Assembly: GCA_965206595.1 (NCBI GenBank)
Contig: OZ242214.1
Coordinates: 896,001-960,000 of the forward strand
Length of the DNA stretch: 64,000 bases
Source of the DNA: Candidatus Latescibacterota bacterium
GTDB lineage: Bacteria > Latescibacterota > UBA2968 > UBA8231
Direction of reading: 5' to 3'
Made by a program: the position numbers and the translations under genes. How positions within the stretch are numbered: position 1 is the first letter of the stretch; every line of letters starts with the position of its first letter. Shown piece after piece: positions 54,672 through 64,000 of the stretch. Below the pieces are notes generated by a model. The model did no database searches and was not told where the DNA came from. It was given only the letters and a program-made list of their open reading frames with translations.

Positions 54672-56063
54672 TCAGTCGAACAAGGCGGAGGGCAGGGGCT
54701 CTACGAGGGGCATGATCCAATCTTTATGTTTGAAAGTCCGGGTCTTGGCCAGCAAATCAATTTCGGGATCTATGAGAAATTGGGACTTTCTTCCGTTCAG
54801 CCTGAGGCGTGATTCCACCGTTACAGCTATCCGTCCCAACTTATGCAGCTCGAGGTATCTTTCCCCGATGTAATGCGCCGCTTGCAGGATTTTATCAGGG
54901 TCTGTGGCCATAACCTCAATTTGTAATGGTGTAAACATATCACGGGTCCTGACCAACAACTTTTTGTTTCTTTCCTTGTCGTGAATATAGAAATCCAGTT
55001 TATATCTTTTGATGCTTGAGCGCATCCCCCAACTGAATACTATCCCTTCTTCGGTCCAATGGGCATTGCCATCTATCAAATGATGGCGGAGGGGAATGAG
55101 TAATTGCAATATTACACATATGCTGATAAAGGAAATGGTTAACTGCTGCCGCTTGTTCAGGTTACTGCCCGGAGTCCATTCCGGTGTTTCAGGATTGAAA
55201 TTTGCGAAGGCTTTCTTCCTGAATTTTTCAAAAATGTCCCGAGGCCAGGATGGAGGCAGCAGAATCAGCGTTGTTACAAGCATGAACAGGGCGAAGAAGC
55301 CGACATTGGTGATGAAGAAATTCATTATGTGAAACAAAAACAATGAGATAATTCCCAGCTTTCGAAAAGGCCGAAAAACCAGCATGGGGACGAGGAACAG
55401 ATCAAGAAGGAGGCCACCGTAGGCCGTCCCGTATATAAACCAGGGATCCTGGCAAAATTGTCCAAAAAAGGGAAGGTGGGTTCTCGATGAGAAGAGACCT
55501 TTGGTGACAAAACCCCTCAACCAGTCCTCATTTAACTTTGTTATTCCTCCAAACAGATAAGGCATGGCGATCTGAAATCGCAATATCCAGACAGTCCACG
55601 CCGGAACCGTTGCAGAGCAATGACTTCGACCTCTCCAGGCGTCGTATGAAAATTTGTTGCCTGCGGGAACGAAGATCAGGATCAGACTGATCCACCAGGC
55701 CAGATAGAAGTAGGTGTCCCAGATAATCTGATTTATGAGCAAAAAGTAGGTCAATCCCAGGAAGAACAGGGAACAGCTCAAGGTATAGCGATAGCCTATA
55801 CAGATAGAGAGAGCCAGCAGTATAAGTAGCACAAAAAACAGATACATGTATGGACCAGGTAGTGGGTCGACCCATGCGAAACCTATATAGTGGAAATGAA
55901 ACTGAGGATCGATCCAGTTTGCTTTAATGTCGAACTGGTCCAGAAAAAGGACAAAAGTCAAAATCATCATTAAACTGTAGACTATGCGAAAACAAATCAG
56001 GGAGGATATATCAACCGGTTTGAAAAACCAGGCAAAATCAATTTTCATTTTATGGGAATTCAT
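54672..56063 (-). CDS. HTTM-domain, vitamin K-dependent gamma-carboxylase-like membrane protein
   Basis: SLICFRI, FHFHY.GF.W, RFQIAMPYLFGGITKLNEDWL, WTEEG..FSW.M, PD.ILQ.AH, LNGR..Q.LIDP..DL; visibly AT-rich. Confidence 0.85.
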   Translation of the reverse strand: MNSHKMKIDFAWFFKPVDISSLICFRIVYSLMMILTFVLFLDQFDIKANWIDPQFHFHYIGFAWVDPLPGPYMYLFFVLLILLALSICIGYRYTLSCSLFFLGLTYFLLINQIIWDTYFYLAWWISLILIFVPAGNKFSYDAWRGRSHCSATVPAWTVWILRFQIAMPYLFGGITKLNEDWLRGFVTKGLFSSRTHLPFFGQFCQDPWFIYGTAYGGLLLDLFLVPMLVFRPFRKLGIISLFLFHIMNFFITNVGFFALFMLVTTLILLPPSWPRDIFEKFRKKAFANFNPETPEWTPGSNLNKRQQLTISFISICVILQLLIPLRHHLIDGNAHWTEEGIVFSWGMRSSIKRYKLDFYIHDKERNKKLLVRTRDMFTPLQIEVMATDPDKILQAAHYIGERYLELHKLGRIAVTVESRLRLNGRKSQFLIDPEIDLLAKTRTFKHKDWIMPLVEPLPSALFD

Positions 56064-56404
56064 CGCTCAGAAGCTCCTTCGCACGCGCTCGGAAGGACCC
56101 CCAGGCAGAGGGGCCGTCGAAATCGTCCTTTTATGTGCACGAGTCCTGCGGCGCTGCCCCGCTGTCCCCCCTTGCGCTGTAGCGCGATGGGGCCGGGCGG
56201 GTAAGCGGCGTTCCGGAGCGGACAGTTGGCATCTCTCCAACGCACAACACCTGATGGATCCACTTCGAGAAATACGTCTCCGTCTCGTGCATGCAGGTTT
56301 GTATCATTTGCGTAAACCTCCCGGACAGGGTTGGTGTGATCGCTCTATTATAGATTAGGTTATAGGCCAAGTCCACGGTTTTCAGGCCGGTTCGTAAGGT
56401 TCAC

Positions 56405-58024
56405 GTAACCGTTCAGTCCCCCCTGCAGTAGTTTGAGCATATAAAGAAATACCTAAGCGGGTTTTCGGGTTCGTCGGTATTTTCGGGATTGGTTGTGTGT
56501 TGGAGATTTCCCTGGATACGGCGACCCCATGAAGAGACCTCCTGAGAGTACGATTTCCGAAGGCGACCTGCGCCAGCGCATTGTCCAGCTTGAGCAGATC
56601 GTGGAACAACAGACGGCGCGCATTGGGGAGCTGGAGCGGGAATTGGCCCGCCGCAAAGGGCGCTCCCGCCGCGGTGCCCGGGCCGCCTCGTCGCAATCGG
56701 GCGCTTCCTCCTCGCCGCGCACCGACACCTCCCGTCGCCGGTCCTCGGGGCGCTCGCCGGGCGGACAGCCCGGGCACGAAGGACCCGGCCGCTCGTGGGT
56801 ATCGGTCGAGCAGGTGGACGAACGGATCCCGGTCAAGCCCAGCCATTGCCACGGATGCGGGCACCGGTTGACGGGAGACGATCCTCATCCGCAGCGTCAC
56901 CAGGAAGTCGTCCTCCCGCCGCTGCGGGCCGAGGTCATCGAGTATCAGTTGCACACCCTGCGCCGCGCTCACTGCGACCGCCTGACCGCAGCCGGTTGGC
57001 CCGAGGGCGTGTCGCGCCACACCTTCGGTCCCAGCGTGCAAGCCTGGGTCGGCCTGCTGGCCGGGGCCTACCGGCTGAGCAAGCGCAACATCCGGGCGTT
57101 GTTGTCCGACGCCTTCGGCCTCGAGGTGTCGCTGGGTACGGTCAGCCGACTGGAACGGGAGGTGGCCGCGGCCCTGGCGGCTCCGGTCGAGGAGGCGCGC
57201 GCCTTCGTTCGCCGACAGGGCCTCGTCAACGTCGACGAGACCGGCTGGCGCCAGCGCCGCGCCAAGGCCTGGTTGTGGACCGCGGTGACGGCCGGCGTCA
57301 CCGTGTTCGCCATTCGCCCAAGCCGGGGACGGGACGGGGTCGATGAGGTGCTGGGTGCGGACAACCGGGCGGTGGTCGGCTCCGATCGCTATTCGGCCTA
57401 CGCGCATCTGCCGCTACGACGCCGGCACGTGTGCTGGGCTCATCTGCGGCGCGCCTTCGAGGAGTTCGTGGCCCGGGGCGGAGAGGCCGGGCGCGTCGGT
57501 CAACACCTGTTGGACCGCAGCGAGCAGCTGTTTACCTGGTGGCATCAAGTCCGCGACGGCACCCTGTCCCGCGCCCGCTTCCAGGACTATATCGACGATT
57601 TGTGTCTGCGCTTTCGTTTTCATTTGTGCTATGGTCAGCAGTTCGCCGACGCCAAGACGGCGGCCACCTGCGCCAATCTCCTCGACCTCGGGCCGGCCCT
57701 GTGGACCTTCGCACGCCGGCCCGGCGTCGAGCCGACCAACAACGAAGCCGAACGAGCCCTTCGCCATGGCGTGTTGTGGCGTCACACCAGCTTCGGTACC
57801 CACAGTGCCGAAGGCAGCCGTTTCGTAGAGCGCCTGCTCACGGTACGCGATACCCTGCGCCAGCAGCAGCGCAACGTCCTCGACTATCTCAGGATGGCCT
57901 GTGACGCGGCCGTGTCTCAGCAGCCGGCGCCCTCGCTGCTGCCTTCAACCCACTCCGCCATTCGTTAATATTCTGCTACCATTCCGCCCCCGGCCCCAAC
58001 CTGCCAGGGGAACTGAACGGTTAC
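56405..58024 (+). mobile_element. IS66-family element, single-ORF (ISBst12-like) type, copy 1
   Basis: Termini GTAACCGTTCAGT / ACTGAACGGTTAC; 8-bp target duplication AGGTTCAC at 56397-56404 and 58025-58032. Confidence 0.95.
56529..57968 (+). CDS. IS66-family transposase
   Basis: PGGQPGHEG, VDETGW, SDRYSAY, CWAHLRR, PTNNEAERALR. Confidence 0.92.
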   Translation: MKRPPESTISEGDLRQRIVQLEQIVEQQTARIGELERELARRKGRSRRGARAASSQSGASSSPRTDTSRRRSSGRSPGGQPGHEGPGRSWVSVEQVDERIPVKPSHCHGCGHRLTGDDPHPQRHQEVVLPPLRAEVIEYQLHTLRRAHCDRLTAAGWPEGVSRHTFGPSVQAWVGLLAGAYRLSKRNIRALLSDAFGLEVSLGTVSRLEREVAAALAAPVEEARAFVRRQGLVNVDETGWRQRRAKAWLWTAVTAGVTVFAIRPSRGRDGVDEVLGADNRAVVGSDRYSAYAHLPLRRRHVCWAHLRRAFEEFVARGGEAGRVGQHLLDRSEQLFTWWHQVRDGTLSRARFQDYIDDLCLRFRFHLCYGQQFADAKTAATCANLLDLGPALWTFARRPGVEPTNNEAERALRHGVLWRHTSFGTHSAEGSRFVERLLTVRDTLRQQQRNVLDYLRMACDAAVSQQPAPSLLPSTHSAIR

Positions 58025-58519
58025 AGGTTCACTACCCGCTTCGGCGACTGTAAATCCTCGCCGGTGTCCCGGCCCACGGATAACGTGAAAACTTCCGGCG
58101 CCGAGACGGGATGGATCGCCGCCCGACAATTGCATGGGATTCCCGGGATCCCACACCAGGTCCTGCCTTGCACCTCTCGCGGGTGTCCAAATGCGGAGGT
58201 GCTGGAGGAAGGCGGCATAGTCGGATGAGCCGGATCAGGATGACAGTCCCGCCAACCTGCTTCCGCATCGACTCCCAGCGGATGGAGTGCACGTGCCGGG
58301 CGTAACCCGCGACCTTCGCGATCCGAACCGGGCGATTTGTCATGTCGCCGATTGGGCGGTCCTCCCTCATCCCCGGCAGCGACCGTCAGCGCTGACTTTT
58401 CATGGCTGCTTCGAAACAGCCCGGGGGGTGTTCGATGTCGAAGGCGGTTGGAGGCAACGCGTGAGCCCGGGTCAGGCGAATGGCTCCCATCCGGGAATTC
58501 CACCCCGGCGAGTGCCGGC

Positions 58520-58774
58520 ATGACCGCAATAGTGTACCTCCTCTTCTTCTTTTCGGGGGCCGCCGGCCTGATCTACCAGGTCATCTGGGTCCGCCAGTTC
58601 GGCAACGTCTTCGGCAACAACGTCTACTCCGCCTCCCTCGTGATCGCGGTGTTCATGTGCGGGCTCGGGCTCGGCAGCTACCTGGCCGGTAACCGCTGCC
58701 TGCTCCCGGCAGCCTGCAACCGAGAAATCCTCAGTCACCCTCCTTGCTCGCTTGTCAACCCTAACGTTGCATAA
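58520..58774 (+). pseudogene. 5' fragment of a fused MFS/spermidine synthase-like membrane protein gene
   Basis: MTAIVYLLFFFSGAAGLIYQVIWVRQFGNVFG...AVFMCGLGLGSYLAG; similarity stops near 58690. Confidence 0.75.
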
Positions 58775-59241
58775 ATCAGCTTGAAGGAGGTGGTTGTGAT
58801 CAGGCCGCATCCTTCAGTGTATCGAGAAAATGCAACAGATCTTTTTCGATTTTTGGATTCGAGTTCATGGTCAGGGTCAACTCGCCCTTGGGCTGAGTGA
58901 GACGCCCGGCGCGATGCAGGAAGCGCTGACGCAAGGTTCCCAGGGTCTGGAAGGTCCACGCCGCCGGACGTTTGGCACGCGAATAGTTGGATCGCGCCTG
59001 CGCCAGCATCTGCATTTCGCGCCCCAGGTTGTGGGCCATCATCGCACCCAAAGTAACCATTCGGTTTCCGAGCAGCCGTCGGGTGGGGATCAGATCCAGC
59101 CCGGCCTGTTGCTTGGCCTCGGCGAAGATCCCTTCCTGAGCGCCGCGGCCATAGTGGAAGAGGAGCACGCTACGTGCCGAGCTCGGCTTGTTGGTAACCA
59201 CAACGCGGTACTCGTGATCGAATGCTCGGGGTTCGAACAGT

Positions 59242-60828
59242 GTAACCGTTCAGTCTCCCTGCAGTAGTTTGCGCATGTAAAGAAATACCTAAGCGGGTTT
59301 TCGGGTTCGTCGGTATTTTCGGATTGGTTGTGTGTTGCAGATTCTCCGGATACGAGCAACCCCATGAAGAGACCCCCTGAGGGTGCGATTTCCGAAGGCG
59401 ACTTGCGTCAGCGCATTGTCCAGCTCGAGCGGATCGTGGAACAACAGACGTCCCGCATCGCCGAGCTGGAGCAGGAATTGGCCCGTCGCAAGGGGCGATC
59501 CCGCCGTGGCGCTCAAACCTCCTCGTCGGGTTCCTCCACGCGGCGTACCGATGCCTCCGGCCGTCGCCGGTCCTCGGGGCGCTCGCCGGGCGGACAGCCC
59601 GGGCACGAAGGACCCGGCCGCTCGTGGGTATCGGTCGAGCAGGTGGACGAACGGATCCCGGTCAAGCCCAGCCATTGCCACGGATGCGGGCACCGGTTGA
59701 CGGGAGACGATCCTCATCCGCAGCGTCACCAGGAAGTCGTCCTCCCGCCGCTGCGGGCCGAGGTCATCGAGTATCAGTTGCACACCCTGCGCCGCGCTCA
59801 CTGCGACCGCCTGACCGCAGCCGGTTGGCCCGAGGGCGTGTCGCGCCACACCTTCGGTCCCAGCGTGCAAGCCTGGGTCGGCCTGCTGGCCGGGGCCTAC
59901 CGGCTGAGCAAGCGCAACATCCGGGCGTTGTTGTCCGACGCCTTCGGCCTCGAGGTGTCGCTGGGTACGGTCAGCCGACTGGAACGGGAGGTGGCCGCGG
60001 CCCTGGCGGCTCCGGTCGAGGAGGCGCGCGCCTTCGTTCGCCGACAGGGCCTCGTCAACGTCGACGAGACCGGCTGGCGCCAGCGCCGCGCCAAGGCTTG
60101 GTTGTGGACCGCGGTGACGGACGGCGTCACCGTGTTCTCCGTCCGCAAAAGACGCAACCGCGACGGCGTCGATGAGATGCTGGGTCGCGATCGCTATTCG
60201 GCCTACGCGCATCTGCCGCTGCGACGCCGGCACGTGTGCTGGGCTCATCTGCGGCGCGCCTTCGAGGAGTTCGTGGCCCGGGGCGGAGAGGCCGAGCGCG
60301 TCGGTCACCACCTGTTGGACCGCAGCGAGCAGCTGTTTACCCGGTGGCATCAAGTCCGCGACGGCACCCTGTCCCGCGCCCGCTTCCAGGACTATATCGA
60401 CGATTTGTGTCTGCGCTTTCGTTTTCATTTGTGCTATGGGCAGCGGTTCGCCGACGCCAAGACGGCGGCCACCTGCGCCAATCTCCTCGACCTCGGGCCG
60501 GCCCTGTGGACCTTCGCACGCCGGCCCGGCGTCGAGCCGACCAACAACGAAGCCGAACGAGCCCTTCGCCATGGCGTGTTGTGGCGTCACACCAGCTTCG
60601 GTACCCACAGTGCCGAAGGCAGCCGTTTCGTAGAGCGCCTGCTCACGGTACGCGATACCCTGCGCCAGCAGCAGCGCAACGTCCTCGACTATCTCAGGAT
60701 GGCCTGTGACGCGGCCGTGTCTCAGCAGCCGGCGCCCTCGCTGCTGCCTTCAACCCACTCCGCCATTCGTTAATATTCTGCTACCATTCCGCCCCCGGCC
60801 CCAACCTGCCAGGGAACTGAACGGTTAC
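59242..60828 (+). mobile_element. IS66-family element (ISBst12-like), copy 2, nested in the IS1380
   Basis: Same GTAACCGTTCAGT termini; target duplication TCGAACAG at 59233-59240 and 60829-60836, with one extra T at 59241. Confidence 0.95.
59364..60773 (+). CDS. IS66-family transposase, with a short in-frame deletion relative to copy 1
   Basis: Near-identical to 56529-57968, but DEMLGRDRYSAY replaces DEVLGADNRAVVGSDRYSAY. Confidence 0.85.
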   Translation: MKRPPEGAISEGDLRQRIVQLERIVEQQTSRIAELEQELARRKGRSRRGAQTSSSGSSTRRTDASGRRRSSGRSPGGQPGHEGPGRSWVSVEQVDERIPVKPSHCHGCGHRLTGDDPHPQRHQEVVLPPLRAEVIEYQLHTLRRAHCDRLTAAGWPEGVSRHTFGPSVQAWVGLLAGAYRLSKRNIRALLSDAFGLEVSLGTVSRLEREVAAALAAPVEEARAFVRRQGLVNVDETGWRQRRAKAWLWTAVTDGVTVFSVRKRRNRDGVDEMLGRDRYSAYAHLPLRRRHVCWAHLRRAFEEFVARGGEAERVGHHLLDRSEQLFTRWHQVRDGTLSRARFQDYIDDLCLRFRFHLCYGQRFADAKTAATCANLLDLGPALWTFARRPGVEPTNNEAERALRHGVLWRHTSFGTHSAEGSRFVERLLTVRDTLRQQQRNVLDYLRMACDAAVSQQPAPSLLPSTHSAIR

Positions 60829-62078
60829 TCGAACAGATCCAGTTGCAGTGCTTCCTTGGTCTGGCGCTGTACCCTACGGCGCACGAAGAGAAACCGGTAC
60901 GAGGCCGGCCAGCTTTTGGGTTTCCAGTCCCTCTCGAAATAGGAGCATTGCTCATCGAGATAGCACCAGCGCTGGCGCGCCTCGATTTTGTCCTTGAGTA
61001 GCGCAAAGCGTTCGCAAGGGACACTGATCGTGCATCCGACGCCATACAGGTCCATGAGGGTAAGCGTGTGGTGGCTGAAGAAGGCGCTGTCCAGTCGGGA
61101 CTCGAGCACGGGGTGCGCCAGTTCGTCGCGCACGCGATCGAAAACGTTCATCATGAATTCATGAGCGTCCTTGCTGTCATGGACGTTGCCGGGCCGGTGA
61201 AGGACATCGAAGAATTGACCGGTTTGGGCCACCGTGCAAAACAGGTTGTAGTAGCTGCGCGCCCCTTTTTTCTTGGGATGGTAGCCGACCGCGGTACCTT
61301 CGGCATGACCACAAGTGGAGGACACCGAGCCGTCGAAGTCGAGGGTCAGGCGAGGACAGCGTTCGCGCCGGAGCGCTTGCACCACCAAGGTCGAAGACAG
61401 GTGGCGCACTTTTTCGACACTGGAAGGGCCCATTTTCGCCAGCGTGCGACTGACGGTGGCCACATCTGGAAGGCGACGTACGCCCAACAAGCGCAAGACC
61501 ACGGGATCGTCCCGGTAATAATCGACGTCGCGCAGCCGCCGGAAGCCCAGCAGCAGATGCAAGATGAGCCACATTACAATGAGATGGGGACCAAAGATCG
61601 CTGAGCTCTTGGCGGGGAAGCATGGCTTCAGTCGAGCCTTGAGATCCAGGCGCTGGAAGAGGAGTTGAAAAACAATCGTTCCGGCAAAGGAGGTAAGCTG
61701 TTGATCCTCGAAGCGAAGACGCGGGAGCTTGTGAAAACGGGCTAAAATGGCTTGGTTGCTACACTTCACTTGCGGTGTCCTCCTGGAAGGGGTCGATAAA
61801 TGTCTTGGTCGACATCATCAATACCCCATTTTCAGAGACGCCGCAAGTGAAGTGTGGCAGTTCAGAGATGAAAAATGCCCTGTTTTTATGCAACCAGAGG
61901 GTGAACCAAACGGAATGATTCCTCACCCCAGCGGCTTAACCCGTGGTATCAATCTGACATGCTTCCGAGTTTCCGGGCTAAACACTTGAGGACCTGGATG
62001 TCCTTCTCTCTGGTATTTTCTCTACTATATTATACCAGATTTTCTTTAAATTCGCGGATTAGTTTACTAAAGTTGCGC

Positions 62079-62738
62079 TTGCGTAGTTATCTATATAATT
62101 CCCATGCAATCTTCCTCGGCCTGCTCACTGCCATGAGTGCCACTGGCGAGACTCCTTCTTTCGAGAACGACTACGGCCGCGCCGATATCGGCAAGCCGTG
62201 GGAGTCGATGGTAGACGGTCAGGGCCTCTCTGGATGGCACGCCAGTGAAGGTCCTTTTACGCCTTCCGTATGGCGCCGCGAGGGAGACGCAATCATCGCC
62301 GACACAAAAGCGGCCAGCCGCGGGCGGCTCGTCCAGGGAGATGGGACGTGGGCTGCCTATGAATTCAAGGTACAGGCCACCATAGAGAAGGGATGGGCCG
62401 GTCCGCAGCTCGTGTTCGGAATCTCGGACGACGGCATTTCGTCGCACTTCCTGACATATCTGACCGGTTGGAAGACCATGGTCATTGTCCGCCGCAACGA
62501 GGAGACTCGTGAGGACGTCAAACTCGATGTCGTCGACTTCGTTATGGAGCCTGGTCGGGAATATGACCTTGTCCTCAAGGTCCGGGATCACTCGGTGACG
62601 AGCTACGTCGACGGTGTTCTGATCAATCGGTTGACGCTGCCGGGGGCGCCGCGCGGTGCCGTTGGGCTGGCTGTCTGGGGTAACGACTCTGTCGTTCTGT
62701 TCCGCGACCCGAAGATCAGGCACTACTACAAGCGATAA
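62079..62738 (+). CDS. DUF1080 (3-keto-disaccharide hydrolase-like) domain protein
   Basis: WESMVDGQGLSGW, W..EGDAI, YVDG, GAVGL, FRDPKIR; start uncertain (TTG 62079 or ATG 62133). Confidence 0.7.
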   Translation: MRSYLYNSHAIFLGLLTAMSATGETPSFENDYGRADIGKPWESMVDGQGLSGWHASEGPFTPSVWRREGDAIIADTKAASRGRLVQGDGTWAAYEFKVQATIEKGWAGPQLVFGISDDGISSHFLTYLTGWKTMVIVRRNEETREDVKLDVVDFVMEPGREYDLVLKVRDHSVTSYVDGVLINRLTLPGAPRGAVGLAVWGNDSVVLFRDPKIRHYYKR

Positions 62739-62766
62739 CCGCCACCACCACTGACCAGGAGGCACC

Positions 62767-62832
62767 ATGGAAGACTGCATATTTTGTCAGGTGACTTCAG
62801 GGAATGCGGAATTGCTCGCCAAACTGACATGA
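62767..62832 (+). pseudogene. HIT-family protein 5' relic (21 aa)
   Basis: AGGAGG RBS then MEDCIFCQV..., the usual HIT N-terminus, with a stop after 21 codons. Confidence 0.55.
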
Positions 62833-62882
62833 TGAATCACGTCACCTAACAGCACAAACTTGAACACTCGCTACAAGAACGA

Positions 62883-64000
62883 TCACTGATTCAGGATACG
62901 GACATCAGCCAGAAGCGTTTCGGAATCCGAAGCAAGGGCTTCGACGCGCCCTGACAGTCCGTCTCTTTTGCCCTCGAGCAGCCTGCCGTAGGCCTCGGCC
63001 CACCGCGCGTGCAGTTGCCAGTAAGGCTGGCGGTACGGCGCCATGATCTTGACGATTTCCGCATCGCGGTGGTCTTCCCACATGGCAGGCTCCACCTCGC
63101 CCATGCGCTTGCCGATCCGATCAAGCTGTGATCTGATGCCGGCATAAGGTTCGCACCCGGCCAGCAGGGTCTCGAGCAGTTCGCCTGCCTGGCGCGCGTT
63201 TTCCCCACCCAGTTCCAAGCCTCCCTCCTGCTGCAGGGCGTTCCTGGCAATTTCCTGCAAATGAAGCACTTGCGAAATATCCAATTCCCAACTTTTCGCC
63301 GTTGATATATCCGGCGTCATAACCCGCAAGGACTCTTCGATGCGATTGGCGCGGATGGCATCGGCTTCAGCCCGGCATTGCTGTGCAGAACCGATCATAT
63401 AGATATGCCCGTCACCCGGTAACAACGACACCTGCGATTTATCCGTAGCGTCCTTCAAGCTTCTCAGGTCCAGGACCTTTCGATCCTGCCAAGCAGCGGG
63501 AAGCTCCAAGGTCGCGGATTCGGAAGCGCTGACATTCTTGTTGACGACCACGAGATAATGGACGTCTCGCCTGGGCGCATGCAGCACGCCAACGATCACC
63601 CGATCTTCATTGTCCGTTCTTACCACGGTTTCGAAGTCCACCTCGGCGTCGAGCAGACGCCTGCCGATCGGTATCAGCAGTTCGCCAAGTCGAGAGATTT
63701 CCTCAAGGAGATTGTTTAGTGGATTGCACCATTGGTCGGCGAGCGTTTCGGCGCGATCCCAGTTGAAGTTGTAATAGATGATGCCCCGTGCCCCGCCGGC
63801 GATGGACCCGTAGGTCATGAGTCGAAGCTGGGCAAGGTTGGGAAGAATGGCACCCGGACGCCATTGCCGCGAGCGCGAATCACCGAATGTCTGCAGAACA
63901 ATCCAATGGCGCTTGTTATTCGATTCCTTGGCTACTTTATAGCACCATTCATACAAGTAGTCTGGGCTCTTGCCGAATCCCAGAGGGTAATTGTCGCTGA
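62883..64000 (-). CDS. 3' part of a glycoside-hydrolase-like protein (begins beyond the window)
   Basis: Frame open to the window end (SDNYPLGF...); WIVLQTF, LRLMTYGSIAGGARGIIYY resemble the 31647 and 18090 proteins. Confidence 0.75.
   Translation of the reverse strand, partial: SDNYPLGFGKSPDYLYEWCYKVAKESNNKRHWIVLQTFGDSRSRQWRPGAILPNLAQLRLMTYGSIAGGARGIIYYNFNWDRAETLADQWCNPLNNLLEEISRLGELLIPIGRRLLDAEVDFETVVRTDNEDRVIVGVLHAPRRDVHYLVVVNKNVSASESATLELPAAWQDRKVLDLRSLKDATDKSQVSLLPGDGHIYMIGSAQQCRAEADAIRANRIEESLRVMTPDISTAKSWELDISQVLHLQEIARNALQQEGGLELGGENARQAGELLETLLAGCEPYAGIRSQLDRIGKRMGEVEPAMWEDHRDAEIVKIMAPYRQPYWQLHARWAEAYGRLLEGKRDGLSGRVEALASDSETLLADVRILNQ

Larger units (their letters stand above)
58800..61769 (-). 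pseudogene. IS1380-family (DDE_Tnp_1_4) transposase split into 60829-61769 and 58800-59232
   Basis: LTSFAG, TLDFDGS, RLDSAF, then Y..RG.QE..F.E.K in the distal part; the halves join in frame (LDLFE/PRAFDHEYRVVVTN). Confidence 0.88.
58759..61901 (-). mobile_element. IS1380-family element interrupted by IS66 copy 2
   Basis: Imperfect 17-bp terminal IRs CCCTAACGTTGCATAAA (58759-75) and TTTATGCAACCAGAGGG (61885-901), 14/17 match; split transposase. Confidence 0.8.

Noticed and set aside
56382-57407. Minus-strand ORFs inside both IS66 copies (also 59289-60608)
   Set aside because: Antisense shadows of the transposase; single-ORF IS66 elements need no TnpA/TnpB, and none is recognisable.
61975-62075. 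AT-rich segment beginning GGGCTAAACACTT, resembling a degenerate IS end
   Set aside because: No matching partner end or target duplication was found, so the evidence is too weak to call.

Overview
GC-rich bacterial DNA. The gene content (DUF6785 membrane proteins, FlgD-Ig/T9SS-like C-terminal domains, a C-terminal 'TWG' motif) suggests an FCB-group or candidate-phylum organism such as Latescibacterota; this is inference. No rRNA, tRNA or CRISPR array was seen. The main feature is a two-family cell-envelope module present in two loci (1-11.4 kb, minus strand; 38.1-47.9 kb, plus strand). Family A has four paralogues of 900-990 aa: signal peptide, a conserved Asp/Asn-rich Ca-binding-like cassette and beta-barrel-like C-terminal strands. 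Family B has five paralogues (one partial): discoidin/F5-8-like domain(s), a WSxWS motif and a P(N/S)PFTPNGDGIND-type C-terminal domain. Each locus is transcribed divergently from a unit containing a DUF6785 membrane gene. Between the loci lie about 20 kb of carbohydrate/acid-catabolism genes, including two decayed oxidoreductases. Locus 2 continues into a PPIase-TPR lipoprotein and a GT-C glycosyltransferase-TPR gene. The right end (53-64 kb) is an AT-richer, IS-rich zone. It holds a cytochrome-c/FG-GAP protein, a vitamin-K-dependent carboxylase-like HTTM protein, two single-ORF IS66 (ISBst12-like) copies, one nested in an IS1380, and several gene relics. All family assignments come from motif recognition by eye, not database searches.
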